From a virus (lineage: Duplodnaviria; Caudoviricetes): DNA of 40,794 bases. The stretch's first letter is position 1, and the number at the start of each line of letters is the position of its first letter. The notes under the pieces were generated by a model. It was not told where the DNA came from, searched no databases, and saw only the letters and a program-made list of their open reading frames with translations. Made by a program: the position numbers and the translations under genes. Below are positions 27,444-37,200 of this stretch, piece after piece. The stretch covers positions 1 to 40,794 of the IMG/VR virus record IMGVR_UViG_3300020352_000007. One strand, 5' to 3'.

Positions 27444-30400
27444 ATGAATACAAACAACTCGATTTCAAACACGCTAACTAGACTTCTAGAAATTAACACA
27501 AATGCTCTTAGGACATTTGAAAGAATTAATGAAGCTGTAACTACTACTGAAAAAAACATTCCTTTAGAGATCTTAACAGAGGACGGTACTAAAACAGTTA
27601 CTGTACCTTCGTTTGGATATATGAATGCTGAGTTAGCTAGGTTAGGTAATAATCTCAAGGCGATGACAGGTTTGGGACAAGGAAGCACTAAGATAAAATT
27701 ACCAGATGGATCTTACCAAAAGATAGTTACTACGAGTTTAAAAGCACCTGCGAGTGATATAAAAAGTGTAATAAGACCTACCACGTTTACAACAAAATCT
27801 AATTATTTCTTCGAAGATTTCTTAAATCCTTTATTAAAAACATCAATATCAGTGGGTGGTCAAATACCAAATGACACTGAAAGAGTTTTAGTTAAGAGAA
27901 TTATATTTGATTCTACAAACGAGCTTACTGTTAATTATTTTAATAATAATTTTAAAAACAAAGAAAATGTAAATTATCTCCAAGCTGTTAGAGATATTAC
28001 AAATAATAATTTAACATATATTTTAGATGAGGAAGTTAGAGACATGCCTTATAGAAGTCCACAATATATTGGTAAATTTGATGTACTTAAAATAACCACA
28101 GCTAAAAGAGACGTGCTCAAAGATGAGCAGACAATTAAAAAATCTATTAAAAGATATACTTTAGATAAACTAACATATAGTGATTCTAAGAAAGAACTAA
28201 ATGATACTGAATTAATAAAAACTGGCGATGAGCTTACTATTAACGGAGGGTCAAAAAACACAAGATATAAAATAACAAAAGTAGACGGTTCTGCCAATCA
28301 AGTAGAGCTTGAATTAATAGAAGGATATGAATCTGTAAGTATAGGTGTAAATCAATTTTCAATTTACAAACCTGCTGATAAAAATTTAAACATAGAAGTC
28401 AACGTTGGCTTTAACGAGAGAATATTAGTATTCTTTAAAGCAATTGATCCCGACTCTAAGATATTGGCTGAAAATTGGTCACCAGGATATGGCTTATACA
28501 CCAATGAATTAACAATCCTACAAGAAGATGGCAGTTTAATTAGATTAGATGATTATTACAAGGACGAAGTCGCTGATTTTGGACAATTTGTAAAAGCATT
28601 AAAAGAAGATTCTATTCCACCAGCTACAGTTGGTGTTACACCAGATGCCCCGGAATTATCTTCTTCTAATTTTAAAGTTGTTCAAATTAACAGACATTTA
28701 AGTGGTAATAATGTTAAAACAAAAATTAAAAAGTTTTCTTCTGATAAAACAGCGGTTGAAGCAAATATTAAAAAATTAGATGAAACGATTTCTAAAAAGA
28801 GAACAGAAACTTCAACTAAGAAATATGAATCTAGTGTTCAGCGTGATAAAGATAAAAATGAATTAGGATCTTTAATACAAGAAAGAACTAATGAAACTAA
28901 TTTATACAACAGTGTCGTAAATCAGATCCAATCATTGGCTTCTGGCTCTTCTGCTGTAAAAATAAAACCTAAATACAGAGTTCGTGGTTTTTGGAATGTT
29001 CCAACTGCTAAAAAAGTAGCTGACACTGCGGATCAGAAAATTGTTAAATTTATCATTCAATATAGATACCTTTCTACTAGTGGAGAAGCAGCAGATGTTG
29101 CTCAGCTCCCGTTTACAGAAGGTACTCGTGAAAAAACGGCTGTGTTTTCTAACTGGAATGAAAAAACAACTAAAGTAAGAGATAGAAAAAGGGATAAAAT
29201 TACGGGTAAGTTTAGGTGGCAAGAAAGTAAAGTAGAAGACGGACAAGCTATCAACTTCAACCAATTAGATATTCCTATTAGAGAGGGTGAATTAGTAGAA
29301 ATTAGAGTAAAATCTATTTCTGAAGCTGGTTATCCTTCCAATGCTATAGAATCAGATTGGTCAGAGCCTATTACTATAGATTTTCCTGAAGCTGAAATAG
29401 ACACAACTGATTTAGATAATTTAGTTCAACAAAATACGGCAGAATTAGCTAAAGTAAAAATTGCAGAAGAATTAGCTTCTAAAGGTGTGTATAGTCATAT
29501 CGACGATGCATTTAGTGCCAATGAAAAATATTGGGCGCACACTGCAACTGGACTTGCTTCAGGATTTTTATCTCCTGAACAAAAACCAATATCTATATAT
29601 GATAAATTAGCAGAGTTAGAGGCACAAATAACTGCACTTAAAGGTACAGTTGAAGTTGAAGTTGGTGAACTTATAGTTAAGCTTCAAGATGAGGACGGAA
29701 CTGTAACAATAATCAAAAAAGATACTACTAATCAAATATTCGCTGGTTATTATGTAGATGAAGTTGCAGAACTTTCAATCAAAAAAGGACATATCGTAAC
29801 AAAAACATACAAGTTAATATTAGAAAACACTAAAGCAACTAAACTTGAATTAATATCTAGATTGACTGGTAATAGAAACGAGCCAGCATATAGATCATCA
29901 GCTTCTGGTGATGCAGTTCCTACAAACTTCTTCGGTATACTAAACAATGATCAAGGTATAGGTAATACTGATAGTAAAATAAGTTCTGATTTATATTACA
30001 CATCTGAAGGAAGATACGATATCGCACCTATTCAATATCAAAATCTTTCTGGAAATCAAATTTCAAGTCTATCAAATTTAGACGAAGCTCCTTATCAATG
30101 TGTTCAAAGAAGAGGACAATTTCTATATTCTAGATATATGGATATCGCAAACAGATATCCTTTGTACTGTACTGAGCCATTAATAGGTGGTGCAAATGAC
30201 ACTTTAAAACTAGAAAGTTATGAACATGTTTTAGATTACGCACAATTTGGAAGCACATCTTTCTCAGGCAATTTATTAAATGTAAGCGGTAATGCAGGTT
30301 CAACTAATTTTATATGGGCTGGAACATTTGGAAGAGATGCATCTTCAACAGCAACAAGTGATCTTTCAGGTGATTTCGACAATGATGTAATCGATGTCTG

Positions 30401-31181
30401 TAATATAGGTGCGATTGGAGCAATTGCTTACAACAATGGTATTTATTTACACAAAGATCATCCAGATTTAGAAAACATATATAGCGATGCGGCTGAAAAT
30501 GCGAACAACGCAGGAAGTGTAACCGATACTGAACAAAAAGCAACTTTACAAGCTGTCGTTAATAATGCATTATACACCATGCCTATTTCTGCAACATATG
30601 CTACTGGAACTTCATTTTGGTTTACTACGCCATGGGCAACAAATCCAATTGGAGGTAGCTTCTTTACAACAGCTACAAATTCAATCCAAGCTAAGAAACA
30701 ATTAGGTTATAGAAATTTCGATCAAAATGGAGTTAATCTTGCCACAGAAAACCAAAGATCTTTTAAAATGTCGTTTGATGCAAATGATCAATTTTTACTG
30801 GGAGGTAAATCTGTAGGTTCTTTCTTATATCTTTCTCCAATTAACTTAAATACGCTTTCAGTTGATGGTGATACCAAGCAAAGTAGAAAAAGAATAAAGG
30901 GTAAAATCGCATCACAAGATAATTCTAATGGATTATCTATAGATGTTGTGTTTCAATACAGAATGACAGATTATTATGGTAATTCAGCTCTTAGTGATAG
31001 GGGTAGAATTGGAGGACAGGCTAAATTAACTTTCCCTAACCTAACATATACTAAGAAAATCGGATTAGATATTTTTGATAAATATGATGAACAATTCTCT
31101 TTTGACTTAGAAGTTTTTGCTAAGTACAGATCTAAAGGTAAAAGTTTAAACTCTATCAGAGCAGCTAGATTAATCAGATAA
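27444..31181 (+). CDS. Large virion structural protein with coiled-coil and FN3-like segments
   Basis: 1245 aa with heptad regions (e.g. KLAELEAQITALKG) and VEIRVKSISEAGY....SDWSEP (FN3-like end). Confidence 0.6.
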   Translation: MNTNNSISNTLTRLLEINTNALRTFERINEAVTTTEKNIPLEILTEDGTKTVTVPSFGYMNAELARLGNNLKAMTGLGQGSTKIKLPDGSYQKIVTTSLKAPASDIKSVIRPTTFTTKSNYFFEDFLNPLLKTSISVGGQIPNDTERVLVKRIIFDSTNELTVNYFNNNFKNKENVNYLQAVRDITNNNLTYILDEEVRDMPYRSPQYIGKFDVLKITTAKRDVLKDEQTIKKSIKRYTLDKLTYSDSKKELNDTELIKTGDELTINGGSKNTRYKITKVDGSANQVELELIEGYESVSIGVNQFSIYKPADKNLNIEVNVGFNERILVFFKAIDPDSKILAENWSPGYGLYTNELTILQEDGSLIRLDDYYKDEVADFGQFVKALKEDSIPPATVGVTPDAPELSSSNFKVVQINRHLSGNNVKTKIKKFSSDKTAVEANIKKLDETISKKRTETSTKKYESSVQRDKDKNELGSLIQERTNETNLYNSVVNQIQSLASGSSAVKIKPKYRVRGFWNVPTAKKVADTADQKIVKFIIQYRYLSTSGEAADVAQLPFTEGTREKTAVFSNWNEKTTKVRDRKRDKITGKFRWQESKVEDGQAINFNQLDIPIREGELVEIRVKSISEAGYPSNAIESDWSEPITIDFPEAEIDTTDLDNLVQQNTAELAKVKIAEELASKGVYSHIDDAFSANEKYWAHTATGLASGFLSPEQKPISIYDKLAELEAQITALKGTVEVEVGELIVKLQDEDGTVTIIKKDTTNQIFAGYYVDEVAELSIKKGHIVTKTYKLILENTKATKLELISRLTGNRNEPAYRSSASGDAVPTNFFGILNNDQGIGNTDSKISSDLYYTSEGRYDIAPIQYQNLSGNQISSLSNLDEAPYQCVQRRGQFLYSRYMDIANRYPLYCTEPLIGGANDTLKLESYEHVLDYAQFGSTSFSGNLLNVSGNAGSTNFIWAGTFGRDASSTATSDLSGDFDNDVIDVCNIGAIGAIAYNNGIYLHKDHPDLENIYSDAAENANNAGSVTDTEQKATLQAVVNNALYTMPISATYATGTSFWFTTPWATNPIGGSFFTTATNSIQAKKQLGYRNFDQNGVNLATENQRSFKMSFDANDQFLLGGKSVGSFLYLSPINLNTLSVDGDTKQSRKRIKGKIASQDNSNGLSIDVVFQYRMTDYYGNSALSDRGRIGGQAKLTFPNLTYTKKIGLDIFDKYDEQFSFDLEVFAKYRSKGKSLNSIRAARLIR

Positions 31182-31182
31182 A

Positions 31183-31228
31183 AAATCTTAGATATATAAC
31201 TAGAGAATTTCTCTGTATAATAAGATTT
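31183..31228 (+). promoter_or_regulatory. Long imperfect hairpin containing GATATATA (31191-31198) upstream of the giant gene
   Basis: Outer stem AAATCTTA/TAAGATTT and inner stem AGAGA/TCTCT. Ends 9 nt before ATG 31238. Confidence 0.55.
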
Positions 31229-31237
31229 ATTGATTAA

Positions 31238-34200
31238 ATGGCAACAAATATTCACATAATAAACACAGGATTTAGTACTGCTATCCTTGCTTTAAAAAAC
31301 GAACCTATTGATGAAAGTAGTGTTCAGGCTCTAGAGCTTTGGTATGATAGTGCAACCACATTTGGTAATACTACTGTATTATTTGTAGATGAGGATCTTA
31401 CTACTGTGTTTGATGGAGGTAGTAACTTCTACCCCGAAAACAATCTAGCACAATCTTTTAAAGTTTCTGGAGTGGGTGTTGTATCAGATGTATACGCCAA
31501 TCAAATGCCCTCAATAACACTATCACAAAGTTTTATAGAGGTTGAAGCTGAGGTTGCAGGAACTGTTTTTAATGCCGCTCCTTCAGAAGAATATACAGAT
31601 GATGCATGGGGAACAGATGACATTGTTGCAGGTCAAGTAGCAAACGAAGATCAAAATCCAGCAACCGATATAGATACTTCAGGTGTTATTATGAATGTTC
31701 TTGGGACTTATCCGATCGAATACAGTATTAACGATGGCTATAATAATCTTGTTGCGTCAATGGATGTTATAGTAATAGATACTACACCTCCGGAGATAAC
31801 AATAGTCGGTCCATTAACTGTAAACCTTCTTGTAGGTGAAACGTACATTGATGATGGTATTGTAGTAGAAGATATTGTTAGTGATGTAGCAGATATTACA
31901 ACTACTGTAAATCCTTCAACTATTGATACTAGTGTACCGGGAACTCATACTATTACATATACAGCAACAGACGAAGAAGGAAATGAAGCAGACAACGATC
32001 AAAAAACAGTAATAGTTTCGGCGGCAACATATAGTGTCGTTTTAGACCCGTCAAGTAGCGTGGATGAAGGCAGTTCTTTTACTGCTACATTTAGCGCAAC
32101 AACAGCAAGCACTGGACCATTTTCATATGAAATAACGGGTGTCGATAGTGCTGACATTAATGTGCCTATTACTAATACATTTTCTTTAGATAGTAATGGT
32201 GAATATGTGTTGGTGATAAATGTCACTGCAGATAATTCTATATTGGAAGGTGATGAAACATTAACAATATCGTTTTTTGATGAAGGTGGCACACAGTGGC
32301 CTACTTCAGAGGCTAGTGCATCAATCGTAATAAATGATACTAGTGCACTTTTAGCTCCATCTGCCAACGATAATCAAACAGTACCTGTACCATATGAAAC
32401 ACTAACTCCATTTTCATACGATGTTACGGGCGCAACAACATATCAAGTAACAATAGATACAGCACCAACATATGGTACTATTACTGCAGTTCAATCGGCC
32501 AGTGGTCTAGATGCAACATATATGCCAAATGCAGGTGTATTTAATCAATCTGATGTAGTAACATATACAGTATCGGCCAATGGACAAACAGATACTGGTC
32601 AAATTACATTTAACATAAGTGCAATACCTAATGTTCCGCCAGTCATTACAAATGGCGCTAGTTTTGCAAACGGAACATGTAATCAATTAAACTCATATTC
32701 TTTTGATGTAATTGCTAATGATCCAGATAATCAGGCAAATAGTTCTAGTCCTAGTACATTGACATATTCAGTAAGTGGCGGTAACACCACTACAAACGAT
32801 GGAACCATTACTATTACTGGTAATTCATATACGTATACGCCAGATTCTACATTCGATGGACAAGATACATTTACTGTTGTTGTTTCAGATGGACAAGATA
32901 CCGCAGAACAGATTGTTAATGTACTGGTTTTAGAATTAGCATATGTAGAAATATATGGAACTGCGTTTGACGGCTCAACGAGCACCGTATGTGAACTGGA
33001 AAGAGAGTTTACATATTATATGAGCTCTTTGGTTGTGTCAACAATAGACGATATTGCACAAGGACAAACAGTATACGTAGATATAGATTTAACCACTCCT
33101 GTTACTACAAATACAAGTGTACCTCTTATTTCTGTAGAAATTAATGAGAACGATGCGCCTAAAATATTAGGTATATCTCCAGCTGGTATAATTAACAGTG
33201 TTGTTCCTTGTAGTGCACCATTAGTTGCGACAAGTACAGATTTAATATATGGTAGCGGAGATACACAATACTGTAATAATTTAACGGAGAATATTACTGT
33301 ATATTATATATGGAATGGAACTGGACAAGATATAAATTTAGATGAAAATGGAAACGGGTTAACAATACCTGATCCAAACAATGGATTGCCTGCGAATGCA
33401 ACTATAGAACAATTAACAACACTGGCTTCAATTGATCCTACCTTTAAAATATTTTCATCTCAAGCGGCTTTAAATGATTATGCAGCTGGTTTAAATGATG
33501 AATTAATAGGTTTAATTCCTGCTGGTATATATGCCAACACAATAGAAAGCACATACGCGAAGACTGGTGCTACTAACAACTGGCAATATAACATAGAAAA
33601 TCAATCTTACTTATTTGCATGTCCCATACCTGTCGTTTATATTACAAGAAAAGTTTCCGGAGTGACTCTTGTTTCGGCAAACGGTAGCGCAAGCGAATGG
33701 GAATACTGTACAGGAACAAAAACACCAGTTGATGTTTGGTATAGAGCTAGTGAAGACGAGGTAAATTTACCTGGAGGTGGTATTCAACCCGCATGGAACT
33801 TGGAACAAATAGCACAAAACGGTAGAGCTATTTATACTACAGAAGGAGGGGCAACATATGAAGACATTTCTCTTTTATTTGAAAGCAATACTATTGGAAA
33901 TGAAACATCATATTTAGTTTGGGAAAACGACGGAGATGGCTCTAATTATAGATGGTATGGGTTTAACCCTAGTTCTGGAAGCTACATGTTGGCAGAAAAC
34001 ACATTAGCGACGTATGGTCAATGTGAATTTGATGACACTACAATTATTACGGATAGCGAATTTTTAATACCTGCTAATCCTGGAAACTTACTAGATAAAA
34101 ACACGTATTACGCATTTTTAGCATGTGAGCCTTTATTAGATGACACAGATTGGTATTGGCCAGTATATGTTATTGATGGATTACATGAAGATAGCGAAGA

Positions 34201-37200
34201 TAGTACTTCACATATAAAAGATTTTATAGAATCTACATCTGGTTTACCTAATTGGTGTTTTAGTAGTCCAGCTATTAATTGTTTACAGTATAAACACAAA
34301 ATCGTTGCTGAAAATTCAACAGATGCTGTAAATAAACTAAAATCAAATGCTAATTTACCATATGACACATTTGGTAAATATAGACTCATTGAGATTGATT
34401 CAAGAGAATTGGGTTTAACTAGCGAAAGTGTTATTAAAATATACGACTCTAGTACCCAATCTAGTAGCACGTCACAGACTAAGTGTGAATTATGTGCTAA
34501 CGATTTTTCAGATTCAGACAACGAAGGCATATCTACATATCAATTTCCAATTTTATTAGATTTTATGTCTACTAATAATGGTCCAAACTTTGATATAGAA
34601 ACTAACTATAATTTAGATAATGTCTCTAAACCTTTATTAAGAACAAATCCTAAGTTATCAACAAACGTAAAGCTAGTGGTTAATTCTAGAGATATTTTAT
34701 ATTTGGAAAGTATAGACGCTGATAAAACATTAAGTGATGTTAAATACAAAAAGTTTCCAGTGTCAGCAGATGGTGAATATTCGTATGATGTTTCTAAATT
34801 TTTTAAGAATAATCCTACTACAAATGAAGTTATATTTGCTACTAAAAGAAAGAATTCTGATACTGCGGTTTTAGATTCATATAACAAACAAATAGAAGAA
34901 GATTATCATTACGGTACAACATATAATTATTCTAAACTACATTCTGAAAGCTTAAGAATATTTGCACCTATATGGTTAGATGAAAATCTACCTAAAAAGT
35001 TTGTTATATTTAGAACTTCAGATCCAAACGGATCTACAAATTTCAAAGATAGTGGCAACGACAAAATTGCAATGATCAATGAGATTGTCAAAAATTCACA
35101 AATAGTGAAAACATTTGATTTATCTGAAAACTCAAACATAGGTAAATACTTAAGAACACATGTTCAACAAGAGAAATTCCCTAAATCTCCTTTAACGTTT
35201 TCGTTTGAAAAAGAGGAACAGTCTTTCTTTAATGGCATAGATTTAAAAAAGGGAGGATTTACAAGTAAAGGCGAGTTCTTATACAGAGATTTTATATTAA
35301 AAGATAAAACTCTAATAGAATCTAATGATTTAATAACAGATGGTTTTAAAAGAAATAATATAGCTTGTGCTAATTTAATTAATTTAGAGTTTTTATTTGA
35401 AGATGATAGCGCTAGTGATTATTCTATCAATAGATATTTTGGATTATATGTAGATGACATAGATTCAGGATCTGGTGAAATAGCTAAAATAGACAGAAAC
35501 ATTATTACATTTCAAAATTTAAACTCATATATTGATGTAAATAACAGTTCTTCGGCAATTCCACCTAATAAATTATTATTATCTACACCTACTTTGGGTT
35601 ATGTTAATGTGGCGGATTCATATTACAAAATATCCAATAAAGGATATTACGATAACACCAATAAAGAAGTATTGATATCTACAGATAAGGATGATATTGC
35701 TGATAAAATAGGTATTAGAAGTGTTAATAAAACGATAGACATATTAAATAATGAAAACTCAGGATATGATTTTATTAAGTTAGAAATCATTGAATCTCCG
35801 GAAACTAATGATTCATTTGCAATTGTTGATTCTAGGGAAGAGGCTTACTCTTTTCTTTTTATTAAAAGAACTGCGGGTGAAGAACTAACCATAAACATGA
35901 CAGATGGTACTAAAGAATATAGTATGTCGTTTAATGTGGGAGCAACTTGGGAATTAACTAAAAATGCATTAAACGAAGTGTTTTATGCAATAGATGAAAA
36001 TGGAGACCCTATTCCTGGCGTAGAACCAGATTATATAAGTAATTTTTTAATATTAGATATAGAAGACGATAGAGAGATATTTTATTTAACTGAGAAAAAA
36101 GCCAATTTAGGCGAGTTAGATATGAATTTAACTGGAGCACTTTCTAATATAGTTAGAATCGATAAAATACAATCTAATGTACAATTATCTAATAATACAT
36201 TTAGAGCAACATATGATCTTGAAGCTGGTAAAATAGAAGGTAAAGAATTTTCAAACCAAGGAACATTAAGTCAAATTGCAGCCGCTATTGCCAATGTGAT
36301 TAATAACTATAGAGAAAATAAGTTCAGTGCATGGAGTGTAGGGTCTTCAGTTTATATAAAGAATGATATTCCTGGTTACAGATTATTGCAACAATCTTTT
36401 TTAATAAAAAGATCAAACGTTTCTAATTTTATATACACTGAAAATGTAGACATTGACGGTGAAAAATTAGCTTTAAGAAAAAGAGAATCATGGACAGAAA
36501 TTGATAATTTAGTAATTTTAGATTCTTGGAAGGCACATTATTTAAGCGGCGGTAACTCTGCTGAAAAATCAGTTTTTGTTAGTAACGAAACAGTGAGTCA
36601 AATTAATATAGGTGATTATATAGAAACTGGATATAGAAATACATATAACCAAGTAATCGACATTGTAGAAGATATAGAAACACCATCTTCTGAATATTCT
36701 AAGATAATATTGAAAGATAAGAATACAATATCTAATGGAGATGCAACTGTGTTCAATGAACAATCGGTTAATATTGGTTTATTTTCATCATATGATATTT
36801 ATGATATGGATTTTGATTTTTATGATACTTCTAACTCTGAATTAAAAGAACTCAATTTAGAAACTAGAGAGAGAATGTTATATGAACCATATGAAAATGC
36901 AATTAATTCTATAGATCCAATTACAGGCCAGGCTACTACTGAGTTAGATGCAAGTACTATAGTAAATGATGATTTTGGATTAGAACCTTTAAATTATTTT
37001 ACTAACTTGTCTCCGGTTTTAAAAGAAGAATCTTCGGAAGAAGAATCACCTACTAACATAACTTCAGAATATGATAGACTACAAGAAAATTATACAAAAG
37101 AATATGCAATTAATTCTAGAATAGTACCTAATATTAATAAGTGGGTACTCAAAGATAGTGTCACTGTTAGGGAAAAACCTTATTTTTTAAATGCCAACGA

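Noticed and set aside
1975-31237. tRNA or structured ncRNA in intergenic spacers
   Set aside because: Spacers are at most 73 nt, very AT-rich, and show only simple hairpins with no cloverleaf or T-loop motif.
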